Source: Eledone cirrhosa (Eukaryota). From it: 64,000 nt of DNA. Each line of letters starts with the position of its first letter. The stretch's first letter is position 1. The translations under genes and the position numbers were made by a program. The stretch lies in contig OZ024745.1 of NCBI GenBank assembly GCA_964016885.1, positions 31,310,001-31,374,000 of the forward strand. Direction: 5' to 3'. Below the pieces are notes generated by a model. The model was not told where the DNA came from and did no database searches. It saw nothing but the letters and a program-made list of their open reading frames with translations. Positions 47,836-62,265 of this stretch are shown one piece after another.

Positions 47836-50800
47836 ATAGTCCTTCCTATTTCAATGTTAATTTGTTTTGTTTTTTTCTCTATAATGAATGATTTTTTCTA
47901 TACCTGTAATAGTTTATATTGTTAGTTATACTAACACATCCTATGTTCTTTCTTAACCATTTCATGATCATATTTCTGTTGACTCTGTCAGTAAATGACC
48001 TACTCTAAGGGTGAGGTATACCTTGCCTGCAAGTGAAATTTCACTTGCATTTGAATTTAAAACTGTTCACTGTTGACTGTAATTTAATCCTTTCATTACC
48101 ATATTCTTAATGAAATACATTGTATTTGAATTAATTAATGAAGAAATTGGGAGGATGTGCTAAAATAATTAATTATTTCATTATTAAGATGATATTTGTG
48201 ATATAACTTAACAAAAGGTTATTGCGTCGTTTCAAAACATTTTGAAAGATTTTAATTCAAATAGGAACCCTTGGGTAGTTTTGTTTCATAGAAGCAGAAG
48301 CAGTTTGGGGTTGGTTGGTGTAAAAAGGTTTCATATGAATCACAAACCTATGGCTTTGTAAAATTATAAATTCATCACTTTTCTCATAACAGTTTCTCCC
48401 TCCCCCTACATGTTCCTAAGAACTAAAACAAATGATACAATGATACTAAAATCGTTCCTTACACCTGCCCTATTGTCTTTAAAAAGAAGGACCCTTGAAG
48501 GACACATTAGATAATATATTCCTAGATACACTAAGTCTGAATAAAAGACAAGATGATCTGGAATACCTTTCACCATAGATCTTCTTGACCAGGGATGATT
48601 GATCTAGGGTTCATCACAAGCAGCAGCACCACCACTCAAATCTCTCTCATATCACACCCTACTATTTTAAATAACAGGAAGACACTTGAGATAATATTGT
48701 CCTACCTGCCCCTAAAAAAGGGGGAATGGTCTGGAATGCCTCATTTGATCCTATTGACTTGAAGTTAAACACCACCTTCACTATCACTATATAGGACAAT
48801 GACAGCAAACTTTTTTGAGAGTGTGTGCCCTCATTGATAAGTTGTTGTTTCATTTCTGTTTCTCTCAGTTAACAGGGGTCTTCTTGGATTATCACCAACC
48901 AGGTCAGTAAATAACTGAGGTTATTGACCTCTCAGATAAGAGGGGTAGGGAGCTTCTTGCTTATATAAGTTCCTGAATTCTACAAAGTGCCCTGAATGCA
49001 TTTTATCATGGTACCAGTACTAGGGATGTCATTACATCTTTAACACAACTGAAAAGTCCTCTTGACACTTTGTTTGACAAGCTTTCTGCAGCCTGTTGCT
49101 CTTCCTATCACGAACCACTTTACAGAGTGTACTGGGTGCATTTATTGTGTAGATCACCAATGTTAGAGAGATTGTCATGCCCTTGGCACAACTGAAAAGT
49201 ATTTTCAATCCTTTTGAAGCATGATTTTTACAGTAGGATGCCTGCCCTATTGCCAACCACCTTACAGGGTGTACTGGGTGCATTTCCATGGCACCAGTGC
49301 TAAAGAGCTTATCAGTCATTGACTCAACTAAACAGCCCTTTCTATTGTATGAAAGGGAGGGGGTAAGAAAGATGGTAAGTATGATGTCATGATTACATAT
49401 TTTGAGGGCTTGGCAGAATTGGTAGAGCATTGAATAAAATACCATTATGGTATTTGTTATGGATCTTAACATTCTGAGGTCAAATCCTGCGGAGGTCAAC
49501 TTTGCCTTTCATCCTTCTGGAATTGATAAAATAAAGTGCCTGTTAAGTACTGGGGTTGATTTAAACAACTTTGCTCTTCCTTCAAATTTACTGGCATTGT
49601 GCCTAAATTAGAAATCAATATTATAATAAATGATAATTATTTTTATTACTTTACTAATTACTGGTAATTGATTATTATACCTCAGTCAAAATTTGAAGTT
49701 TATTACACACATCTCACTAAATTTAATAATTAATTTAATATAATATCTTTATTTGAAAACATTAATTTAGAGTTACATAAGACAATCATACAGAACTAGC
49801 ATCCTTTATTGAGTATGTGTATAAACACTGTTTTATAAACACAAACTTAACTCTTTAGCATTTAAACCAGCCGTATCCAGCCGGCATTCTCTCACCTCTT
49901 TCTGTTCAAACTGGCTGTAACTATCTGCTCATACTGGCGTTAAAATCTTGTTCTCAAAATAAATATCAAAATCTCGTAGATTCAGTATTATGTTGGATAA
50001 TTATGTGAGATAAAGCCTTTACTGTGAAAATACAATAGTAAATATAGAGTTAAAGACTGTTAGAACTGAAATATTACAAAACATTTAAACCTTACAAAGA
50101 CATACATAGTTTAAATTTAGAGTTACATAAAATAATTCCACTGCACTATTATCCTTTAATGAATAAAATTGTAAACACTTTTTTTGTCTTTTTTGTAAGC
50201 ACAACCTATCAAAGCTCAAGTATAACAAGATAGATTTAAATTTTACCCATTGCATACATAGATTAGGTTATGATTATTAGTCTGAAACTGAATAATAATA
50301 ATCAAAAATACATTTAAATAAATATACGATAATTAATACTTTTGACTAGCATGTCTTATAGCAGAACAATGGCATGATGTAATCATTGTTATACACATGG
50401 GTTATAAACCTAAGTTTTCTGGAAATTTTAATCACAATTACAAGTTTTTCCAGTTAAACTCAGGTCAAATTTAGTTTAATGTACCTTGATTAAATTTAAC
50501 GATTCATTAAATTTCAACCCATTCTATAAAAAAATGAGCTTGCTATGATAAAAAAGGCATTACTCTTTGATTGACCCTCATACATACAGTGATGGTACAA
50601 TATTGTAATATTAATAACTATCATATCCAGTATCCTGAAAATGTATTCACAGCAATACAAAAGTGAAGTTAGTATTAGAGGGGACAAAATTCATTTCATT
50701 ACTGACAGTCAACAGCAGTGACCTATTGGTTGATAGTGATTGATATTCTTGTTTTTGAATCTGTTAACTACAAAGTTCTTGATGTCTTTGTTGTCTTGAT

Positions 50801-50943
50801 AGACCAAAGTGTCAGATGAGACTTGTGAGAGTGCACGTGACAATTCCAGAATAATTAAACAGAAAAAACAGAAAAAATCCACACTTTATTTCAAAAATCT
50901 CTCTTTGATAAAGATATAAAAATAACTTGCATCAAAATAGTGA

Positions 50944-51280
50944 AGGTGCATGACTTACTGGTTAGAGATTTGGGCTTGCAATCAGGAGATTGTGAGTTCG
51001 ATCCTCAGACCAGGTGATGCATTGTGTCCTTCAGCAAGACACTTTATTTCGAGTTTCTTCAGTTTACTCAGCTGTAGAAATAAGGTGTGACATCACTGGT
51101 GCCAATCTGTATTGGCCATTGCCTTTCCCCTGGACAACATCGGTGGCATGAAGAGGGGAGACTGGTATGCATGGGCAACTGCTGGTCTTCCACAAACAAC
51201 CTTGCCTGGACTTGTACCTTGGAGGGGGATTCCTAGGTACAAATCCCATGGTCATTCATGGCCGAAGGGGGTCTTTACCT
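50944..51280 (+). mobile_element. tRNA/CORE-type SINE with the head of 14480 but a different 3' half
   Basis: GAGTTCGATCC B-box, GTGTCCTTCAGCAAGACACTTT, 3' GAAGGGGGTCTTTACC; the tail also appears inverted at about 36608-36695. Confidence 0.75.
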
Positions 51281-51449
51281 TTTACACTTTACATCAAAAT
51301 AACACATTAAGTCATATCACATGATAAATAATTCAAATTATCTATAAAATTTAAAAAAAAACATTAAACAAATTTTGTTAAAAGGTAAATTGAAAATTAC
51401 AAAGTTATAAGATTAAAAAAAATTTATAAAAATCAAATAATTTCTCTGC

Positions 51450-51930
51450 TGAGTTTGACAGACTGAACATTTCTTTTTTAAAGATTCAAACCAACCCTTG
51501 CTAACTTAAAATTGCACTGGCTGTGCATCACTATCACTGATACTAGGAGTATTTCTCTCAAGCTGATTGTAAAAGGATTTAGCTTTTATACAAATAAATA
51601 CTTCTTTTACTGTACTACCATTTAATTGTTTCTTTTTGATCAACAACTAATAAAATATTTTCCATCTCATTTGAACACTAGATACAATTAAGCCTGCATA
51701 TGCATTTGGCTATCAATGCCATTTTTCCTATCAATTTCCTCCTCTATAACTTCTACCTCCCCCACCTCTCTGCAACCCTTTATTCTGATTGCCAAATTCA
51801 AATTGTGGGACTTTTCAATCATATTCTTAAAATGTTTAATTCACTTTTTATCAAAATTTGACATTAATCACTCTTTCATGTTATACATTATTTGTGTTAA
51901 TTATCGTGTAATAAGGCATTTCATGTTTTA
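51450..51930 (-). pseudogene. Decayed Tigger/pogo transposase CENP-B-type HTH remnant
   Basis: Minus strand reads MEKILLVVDQ...IKAKSFY...F*VSKGWFESLKK, compared with the family motif F-AS-GWF--FK. Confidence 0.55.
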
Positions 51931-54477
51931 TTTGAATGTCTATTAACTTTAATATCTTCACGGAGGAGAGATCCTTGAAATGAGGTGTGGAATTTTTTAT
52001 TTTTTTAAATGGTGCAGATTGTAGATTTTTACAAATCTAAACTCTGCATTAAGATATTTTAACTTGATGCCATTGATGTCATTTTCTCTCTGTGGATTGA
52101 TCTCTTTATTTCTATAGAAATATTCTTTTGTACAGGATTTGCTTTCAGCATAAAGAATATTTTTATTTAGAAAATATATCACAGCAGTGCTAATTTTTAT
52201 TTTAAAAGAATATATATAAAATTTTTCATTGAAAAAATTCCACTGGTTCTATCTCAAATAACAAGGATTGAATGGTGCTGTATCTTCATGGGAACATGTG
52301 TGGTAGGCTTGTTTGTTTCATTGTGCAGAGACTATGTGTAAAAAGTAGACTAATTTTCTTTAGCAACAGTCAATTTCTATGGGTGAGTCCAAGCCACATT
52401 TTGTTACCTTAGTTTTTAATTTATTTATTTCATATGGAAATCATTTTTTGACATGATGTTACTCATTGCTGAATTATTAGAAAAGCTTTTGTTACCACGA
52501 TTTTCATTACCACATATATTTATTACTTCAGAGGAAACTATATATTTCACAAACACATATATGTGCAGAAAAGTCATTTTAAGTTTAAACTAAATATCTT
52601 ATTTGATTTGCTAGCTTGGTCACACATACATAAGAATTTGTATAACTTAAAAGTTAATCTATTATAATTTGGAATATTTTCAGGGATGTACTTCTCCCCT
52701 GGCATCCAACATCAATCTTGAATTTGTAAGAATTCTCTAATACTACCGTTACTTTTTGTTATACTAGTGACCAAATAGTATTGCTATTTAGATTGCTATG
52801 CTACTTTCAGTTTTCAATGCAGCAAATACTCTATAAAAAAATAAGCTGCAGTTTTAGAAAAAATATTTCGTTTTCTTATTTTCTAAGCAGCAGTATGTAT
52901 TTTGATAGTTCTATTTATTCAATCTGTTGAGCAAAACACAAAAAGTATTACATTTTCAGTAACTTATTGATTTACACTAACAACATTGAGTTTGTGTGTG
53001 TTCATTAAAGTGAGAGAGAGAGAGAAAGAGGAATAGAATTGGAGAGAGGGGAAAGAAGGAAGGGAGAGAGAGGGAGAGTGGTTAGGGAGGAGAAGAAAAA
53101 GAAGCTTTTGTTCTTTATTCAGTACTTTCAATTCCGATTATATTGCAGAGACAATGGATTAACTTGCTGTTTAAGTAGCAAGAGTTTTTGTGTGCATCAT
53201 GAGCAAAAAACTTTTGGGATTCATGGCTGGGCTAGAGTATTATCATTAAGTTAATGTCTGGGTATGAAGCTTTTTTTAATAAAATGATATTGATAGCCAG
53301 ACTCTTTACTTACAGAGTTTTTGAAAGAAGTAGAATCTGATTAGAACAACATGACTTCATTGTGAATGTAAATATCTTTTTTTGATGCGCTGTTTTCCAC
53401 AACTAACTTAGACATAGCATAGCCTCCGTTTGGCTAATTGCTTGATCTTTTTAATGGGTAATTCAGAGGAAGAAACCCATGTGGGAGCATCTGTGACTGA
53501 CTAGAGGAAGGGAGGAAATCATCTTCAAATTGAAGACCAGGCCTAAACACTTTTAGCAGATTAAACTCTGTTAAAAGCACCCAAAAACCAGGTAGTGATG
53601 TTAATTTGGGTTTCAGATCTCTAAAGACTGTTTGGATCCTGGAGGCTCATCAGGCCGATGCTTATCCTGGTTTCTGTGGCATTAAGTGACTGAGAGTATA
53701 AGACTCCCCACTGGACAGGATGCCAGTCCACTGCAGAGATTATGTTTACCACCCAAAAATAGGAACGGCCTTCAACGAGCTTCAACATAGTTTCCATCTA
53801 CCAAATTCTACTCCCAAGATTTTTGTCAACCTGCTTACTGAAGATTCCACATAGTAGGATTAAACCGAAGACCATATAGCTACAAGACGGACATCTTAAG
53901 CACACACCCACAGCTATTACTAGAACTAGCACCTAAATTACATCCTACTATCTTGAGAAAGAAAATAAACCATTAGACAGGGGGAAATGAAAGTTGAAAT
54001 GGGCAATAATGACTCAATATACTAAGTTACAAAATTGTGTTCTTTTATATATTGGTATAACAGAATTTCATAATTTAATACAATTTGAACAATCATACAT
54101 AATAAATTAACTATCTATCCAATGTGCAAGCAGGGCTGTGTGGCGGTGTGGTTAAGGGGTATACACTTCACAATTATGTGGTTTTAGGTTCAGTTCCACT
54201 GCATGCACCTTTGGGAAGGTGTCTTCTAGTAAAGATTATAGTTGTGACTGAAGTTTGGTAGATAGAAACTATGGGAAAATCCATTATACACACACACACA
54301 TGCGCGCGCACGCACACACACATATTGGGTAACTTTATTTTACATTGTGTATTTTGGGGTAATTTATTATTTATAAATTATTGGAAAAAAAGATCTCTGT
54401 GAGAAAAACATCTGAGAATCACAAGAACATTGAACTTCAAATTTCCTTGGCATAACTTTACCAACTTTATTTTTCAA

Positions 54478-54580
<103 letters not shown>

Positions 54581-54603
54581 CAAACCTGCACATGGAAAAA
54601 TAG

Positions 54604-55192
54604 AAATGTAAGAAGAATAAACAGAATCATCAATCTTCTTCTTCAATTACCTCCTCGAAGGTAATTTTAGGCATAAAGGTGAGATTGTGTAATAACACCA
54701 TACTGCACAATAGATTGGAAGACCAACCCACTTAAAAGATGCATATGAGAATATAAGAACATAAAACCAGTCAGAAAAATGGTGTCTGTTGACTGGAAAT
54801 TAATAAATAAAATTATTATGACTGAAATATGGTAAGAAATAGACAGTTAAATTGTGTAAAAGAATAACACTGAAAAGAGAAGAAAAATAAAACTTTTGTC
54901 AAAAGTATACAAGTATAGGCACAGAGCAAACAATCACAGGTCTGCTCCCTGTCAAAGATAATGGATAAAAGAAAGATGGGACCAGAAAATATGGAGTAGA
55001 GCTGAGTGGAGAGAGGGGGGGGGGATAATGGAAACAAGTAGCAAATGAAAGAGAGAGAAACACACATAAAACAAAGTAGTTAATCAAAGGGGGTATGTAA
55101 TGTTATAATAAAATATAAAATGTAAGAAGAATAAACAGAATCATCAATCTTCTTCAATTACCTCGCCGAAGGTAATTTTAGGCATAAAGGTG
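54604..55192. repeat. 75-78-bp direct repeats (54604-54681 and 55118-55192) bracketing about 435 bp
   Basis: AAATGTAAGAAGAATAAACAGAATCATC...AATTACCT-N6-AGGTAATT-TTAGGCATAAAGGTG occurs twice. Confidence 0.85.
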
Positions 55193-55573
55193 CACATTAA
55201 AATTGATATTTAAGATGAACAAATGTATGTGTGGCTGCGTTTGTTTATGTCCCATAACTTAGCAGTTTGACAAAGAAATATTGATAAAATATATACTGGG
55301 GTTAAGTGCCCCAGCATGGCTGTAGTCTAATGGCTGAAACCTCTAAAAGAACACACACACATATATATATGTATATAGTATATCACATCTCTACTTTTTG
55401 TGTACTGTTACAAAGATTGAAAAATCTATTTTACTGCCATTTTCTAGTAGTTTTTTTTTATATTTAATTCTGTCACATTCATTTTTTTTTTATTTCTACA
55501 TATTCTTTACCATTATATTTTTATATTATTGTACAATATTTTACTTTCTTATTTTTTTTTTTCGTATCTTCAG

Positions 55574-55588
55574 AACGGGAACCTGCCT
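55574..55588 (+). CDS. Candidate 15-nt microexon (NGNLP if phase 0)
   Basis: T-rich tract of about 170 nt, then TCTTCAG|AACGGGAACCTGCCT|GTAAGT; length is a multiple of 3. Confidence 0.55.
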
Positions 55589-56082
55589 GTAAGTTTATTA
55601 TTGAGTTAAGACTCATAGAAAGAGATATTATTGGCATCTAAAGCTATGTTGATAATCCACTAGTTTCCAATAACTGTGTTTCCAATGTAAACACTTTGAT
55701 TTCACCTGAAACAATATCTTAATTCACATGTTTGGTATCAAAAATAAATAATTCACATGCTTAATATGAGAATACATGAGAGTAAAAGTTGTAGATTCAA
55801 CATGTATTAATCAATGTATTAATCAACACGTACACATGTAGTTGCTAATGAATGAATATTTGATATCAATTAATATCAATACAATTATTACTTTTGGCAG
55901 GATTTTCTGCTCAATTCCTAGATTATTACTGGTATTATTAGAATCACTCTTGCATGCGTGTTTTAGCAAAAAGCACTCTTTGTTTTCATCTTATAAAGCA
56001 CAAGTTATTCAACTAAGTTCGATAAAGATATTTTGATTACCAAAAAAATACGTTTTTGGATCAAAGTTCAATATATATATAG

Positions 56083-56244
56083 CAGACCTGTCAACTCTCC
56101 CCATCCGACAGGGAGATCTCCCACCCACTTTGGGGTGGGTGAAAGATGTCTTCTCTTGTGAAAATGGGTATAGCTTTCATTATGTAAAATCTCCCCACTT
56201 TGCCTCATTTCTCCCCATTTGGGTTTTTAGAGGTTGGCAGGTTT
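56083..56244 (+). mobile_element. hAT-like MITE (uninterrupted copy)
   Basis: TIRs CAGACCTGTCAAC / GTTGGCAGGTTTG with CA..TG ends. Confidence 0.65.
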
Positions 56245-56830
56245 GATACTGATAGAACCAGAATATGTAGTAATTACTTCAAGTTCTTTGATCCAAATGT
56301 TTTTTTTTTTAAATTACATTGTATTTAAAGCTAAAAACTGTTAAAATATCTGAAGTTTTAAATTTGGTTGAATAACATTTTACTAGCATGTAGATGATCA
56401 CTTATTACTTTTAATTATAATATGGCATGTATTTGATCACATACTTAATATACTGAATTTTCAGCAAATTTCAAAAAGTAGATTATGTGAAAATTTTATC
56501 CACCATTTTTTTTTATGTCAGTATTGCTTGCTGATTAAAAAAGTTAAAGTTACTATTTTCATGTCAAATGAAATTGTAAAATTTTGTTATGATTGTCAGC
56601 AAAATAACTTGTTTAGTGTCTTACACCTAACAGGAAGAATAAATGACTATATTATCTTTATAATGATTGATTAGATAATTACTGTATTTTTATTTTATTT
56701 TTGAAATTTGCATCATCACAGATAATTATCTCTGTTTTTATTTCTACCTTTGGAGAATATTAATACAACAATAATCTATATTAATAATACTATAAATTTC
56801 TCTTCTTTTTCTTTTGTATTGTTCGTTGAT

Positions 56831-56982
56831 ATATGAAATGTTTGCTCCTTCATATATGAAACGTTTGCTCCTTCATATATGAAATGTTTGCTCCTTCATA
56901 TATGAAACGTTTGCTCCTTCATATATGAAATGTTTGCTCCTTCATATATGAAATGTTTGTTCCTCCATATATGAAATGTTTG
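56831..56982. repeat. 23-bp minisatellite, about 6.5 copies
   Basis: Unit ATATGAAA(T/C)GTTTGCTCCTTCAT. Confidence 0.95.
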
Positions 56983-57255
56983 ATTTATATTGTACTGTTT
57001 TTGTTTGTTTTTTTTCTGAAAGATCTCCAAATAGAATATCATATATATAGAAAAGTTATTTTATATATAGAGTTAATGGTTTTATAATCTCCCTTGCTAT
57101 TTGTCAGCAGAAAACAATTCAAATGTACAAGGTTATACAAACTAGTACATTAGTAAAATGCATAAGTACATACAGTGCTGATAATAATTTATACATGATG
57201 TCAAAATGGAACATGTACATTAGAATATTTGCCTTTTTCTGTATAGTAACACCAT

Positions 57256-57555
57256 GAGGACATGTGGCTTTGTGGTTAGGGTAAGGTCGTGAGTTTGATT
57301 CCCGGTGGTGTGCTGTGTCGTTGAGCAAGACACTTTATTTCACATTGCTCCACTCCACTCAGCTGACAAAAATGAGTTGTACCTGTAATTTGAAGGGCCA
57401 GCCTTGTCACATTCCGTGTCATGCTGAATCTCCCTGGGAACTATGTTGAGGGTACATGTGTATGTGGAATGCTCAGCCACTTGCACATTAATTTCATGAG
57501 CATGTTGTTCCGTTGATTGAATCAGCTGGAACACATCGTTGTAACCGATGGAATC
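57256..57555 (+). mobile_element. Family-B tRNA/CORE-type SINE
   Basis: A and B boxes, GAGCAAGACACTTTATTTCAC, 3' CGTTGTAACCGATGGA. Confidence 0.85.
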
Positions 57556-60500
57556 TCACTATAGTAGCACCTTTAAAGGTAGTTGCTATTCACTGCAGTA
57601 TCTGGTTCTGAACTTTGATAGGCTGAAAGTATAACAGCAAAAATAAAATATTTTTTGCAATATGTGTTTTTTCATTTTCAGCCAAGAATGTTTCAAAGAT
57701 ATTTCTATGGTAGCTAGAATATTACAAATTTTGTTCATATTATTTGTAATATAATCAAGTGAAGAAAAAAGCTAAAAGTAAATCAAAATTTGCTGATATT
57801 CCAAAGAATATTTGAGCAAAATTTTGGAGGAAGGCCATTCAAATATAATTTAAATCAGCAATATGGGATTCTTTAATATGAACTTAAAATAAGTTGCTGG
57901 TTTGCCTAAAGTGCACAGCACAAGTCATTAATCATTATTTGTCAGAACATACATTCTTTGAAAGTGATGATTACATTTCACCTTAAACACTAAGTGATGT
58001 TTGTCAACTGATTTGCATCACTGTTCCATCAAATTTTAAATATCAAATCTATCTAGCCTCTTTCATTATTATTTTCATTACTCCATTAGCTCTGCTGCTA
58101 GCAAAGCATTTAAAATGTTGATCTAAGAATTTATTAGACCATATACTTCTTTTTTCACAAAATTTCTGATGTTGATTTAGAAAATTAATTTAATCAAATA
58201 TTTTCACATTAGATATGATAAACCATTTATGTGTGAAATTATTATGAATGTTTATATACATACACACTTTGATATCCCTGAGAATGTGTTATTTGAAAAC
58301 CCCTCACTTTGCTTCATGTTTATATATAATGTAATGTTTTGAAATGTGATGTTAAATTAATTCTGAAATATTTATTCTTTGATTGCTATTCCTTTATTTG
58401 TATTGAATGGTTTCTCCCCTTTTTTGACTTGCCTTTTGTAATCTATCCTTTTCTTCATGATGAACAATTTGTTTGAAGATTCTATCCTATCCTACCCTAC
58501 TTTATTCTAATAGCTTTAAATCATAAGAATTGTAAAGGAGTTATAAAAGACCTTTCTTACTTATTGTCTTTCTGAAAAATACTCTTAAAACCTTATTACT
58601 ACAATGCTGATAGATTGGCAGAATCCATCACCATTGTAGTGGATTTAATGGCAGTTTCTACCACATTGTATTTCATTACAGCCTTCTGTTTTCTGGTTTC
58701 AAATTCTATTGAGGTCAAATTTGCCTTCCATCTTTCTGGGATTGATAAAATAAAGTATCAATAAAGTATTAGGATCAATTTAATCGACTTTTCCTCCTGC
58801 AAATTACTGATCTTGTGACTATTAATCATTATTAAATTACCTACACTATTTTTTTTTAAAGTAAAGAAATTAGTTTATTGACTGTAAGTAATCATTTCAT
58901 TTCCACTAGTGACAGTCTTGTGTTCACATGATTTGATAGATTTTGAGGTTGAGTAATTCACTCAGGCTTTGATCAGACAGTAGAAATATTGCATGGATGG
59001 GAGGTAAGCTAAAACAAGAAAAAAGTATTCATGGTAACAGTTTCTACCACACACATAAGGAATGAAACTTGATATGCTGTCCATTGAGGGGTTGCAACAA
59101 TAGTGGAAACAGTAAAGAAGGCCTCATAATAAAATAAAATAATTTCTTTCCTTTGTAACAAGGTTTGATTTGTAAAATACTCTGTCTCTTCAACTACACC
59201 TCACCATATGTATATTACACACCATTGCATGTGTTATAAGGGATGTATTATACCCAGAAGTTATACTACAATAAAATTAATATGTCATTTATTTTATGCT
59301 ACCATTCCATTTTCCTGAAATGCTAAAATAGCATCAGTATTTGTAAAGGAAAGGAGATTTTTCTGTTACAGTTGTCAGTCAATATATGCATCAAAAAGAA
59401 ATATGTAAGAGACTATAAGATAAACCAATACATGCCAGAAGTAGTTCTCATTGGTCTTGTATATATTTTAATTTCTGAATATAGCAATATATTGCTTTTC
59501 TATCAATATCCTACTTTACTATCAAAAGTTGTTACTATCAATATAATGTATTTTCTAATGTGTCATAGCAATGTTCACATGAAAAATTACCTCCCTATGT
59601 ATTACAATCTGATAAAATATTTGCTTCTGAACTGATTTCAGTAACTTCAAACACATACTCAGTATTCTAAAATTATGATAACTATTTTCATAATAATCAT
59701 GAATACTGTAAATCAGGTCATAATTTTATCCATGAAACTTCTTATTCATAGGTTTTATCAGATCATTTTATGCTCAGCCAATTCTCAACTGCTAATACAT
59801 GTCTACACAGCAGTAAAACAGCATAATCCAAGTAAACTAGTGGTGTTCTGCATTGGCAAATAGTAATATAAATAATTCAAACAGTGAAATAAATTCTATG
59901 CCATGTGGAAGAAGAAAAGACTAATGTTTCAGGCAGAACCATTTTCTCTCTGATCAAACATTTTACCTGCAATTTTAGATTTCCCTGCTTCTTCATATCA
60001 TAAAATGTATTCAAATGTTTCAGCTATTTGTATGGATTTATCTCTATTTTTAATATAATTTACTGTATCACAATCATTCCTACAATTTTCCTTTATATAG
60101 TTTCAAATAATATTAACTATGAATATTACAGTTGACTTTGCAGATGATATTTTGCTTAGCCCTTTTGGTAACAAACTACCATTTTAAAAGGCTTCTATTT
60201 AAATCAAACCATTCTAACATAATTTTATTTGTGTTAAGTTATGTTACAAATACTATCTTAATAATGAAATAATTAATGATTTTGGTAAATTCCTCCAAGT
60301 TCTTCAATGACTAATTCAAATGCAGTGTATTTCATTAGAAATACAGTTACAATAGGGTTAAGAAAAATTGCTTTGCTTTCCATAACTATCAGATACATTC
60401 AGAGAATGTGAAGAAGATATATCTGTAAATTAGAGTAGAAGAGAGAGGGAGAGACAGCAAGTGAGAGTGATAGAAGGCAGAGCTAGAAAATGAGAGGGCC

Positions 60501-62265
60501 TCAGCAAGAAAGAAGAAGGAGTGAGAGTAATGAAATAAAATCAGAAGTAAGATTGAAAAAATATTGTCAGAGAAAAACATGTATGTGCATGTACATTGTG
60601 TATGTGTGTGTGCATATGCGTGCATATATGTGTATAGGATATTTATGTATTGAAAAGTTCAAATTATAAAAATTTGTAGGAAACATTTTCAAGGGAATGC
60701 ATAAATAACACCAATGATAATACAATGATAATATAAATGTAGAAAAACAGTGTTTCATTGTAAAATAATCACTCCAAATATTTTAGCACCTTATTTATGT
60801 AGAATTTGAAGTTGGTGAAAATCATCAAAATATTGATCTCGAATATAAGCCAAACCCATCATTTTACCATCGATTTTGGGGGGAGGGTCAGCTTGAAAAA
60901 AGTAACAAGAATGTTATAACTCCCCTAATGAATCTTAAGCCTTCATACCTGCTAAGCGAAAATATTTAGTACATGTGTGTACATTCTGAACACCAGTGTT
61001 CTAAAAATAGATATGTTTGTGTATAGTAATCTTCAACTAGCAATGAATATAATTTAAGGATAAAGCTTATTTAACAGAAGTACTTGCATCATTTTATGGA
61101 TTTTTGATTTTCAAATTATTTATAATCATAGGGTGTCAATTTAGCAGAAAAGGTAGCGCCATACCTATTTTTTATACTCCAAGCATTAAATATTACACAT
61201 TCTTTTATTTTCTTACTTAATGTTCAGATCCCAAATTCCACCTGTTTTTACTTTACCTTTTAATATCTTCAGAGTTAATAACATATATAGGTGAAATATA
61301 TAAGATACTGTAATTGAACCTGGTCAAAAGAAAATAGATATGTTTATATTTAGTTTTCAACATTTCAATGTCTCTACTTCCTGGTAATATGAATTAGATG
61401 TGCCAAATGAAATATTTGCACAAATTCTTGAAGCAGCTGTTTTATTTTGTGTTGGGATCTTCTACCTGCTTAGAAAAGTAACCAAATCTCTTTTGAATTG
61501 CACCCTACCATTTTAAAAACAAAAAGGAAAGAAGAAACATATTGGATAGTGTAGTCCCAGATACATTTTGTCTGAAAATAAGATAGGTTGGTGACTGCTG
61601 GAATGCCTTTGATAATAGGTCTACTTGACTAAACAACAATAATGTGCAAGAATGATATTTATTTTCAGCAATTACATACATTATTACTGGGCAAGTAACA
61701 GAATGTATTTTGTTTTCCAGTAGGTCCTACCTTATTAATTTACAACTGTATCTTCCCAAACACAATTCTTAACTAATATTAGTATTGCCATTGTGTTTTA
61801 TAATAATACAGATCAATAATAAAACTAGCAATTTATGATAATTTTAATGTTATAGATTTCAGATAATTATAGTGGTTAAAACATTCCTAATTTGTTTCTG
61901 ATGGTATATATTTCACTTATTTCTTGATAGTAATAGCTTTTTAACATATATAACACCGTATTCTAAAAGGTGTTTATTGTGAGTAATGATGGGGTAAAGC
62001 CTCAGTTTTGAATGCAAATACAGATAAGTTTTATTCTCATACTGAATATGCTTTCTTTTGTTTATAAACCTAAACATTCACAAATAAACACACACACATA
62101 CAATGAATGAAAATCAACTCAATCAGGAGGAACGCTTTAAAAAAAATAAACATTACACTTGCAGATTAGCAATTCTTGGTGTGGAGAAATTGGATGATGA
62201 GATCTTGTGGATGGTATGACTGTAGATGAAGAAATTATATGTTTAAGGGTGAATGTGTGTGTATA

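Noticed and set aside
55555-55575. Minus-strand CTGAAGA-TAC-GAAA hammerhead-like core
   Set aside because: No stems I, II or III; better explained as the plus-strand splice acceptor
56831-56982. CRISPR-like regular repeats (also 27386-27610)
   Set aside because: No unique spacers, eukaryotic context and no cas genes
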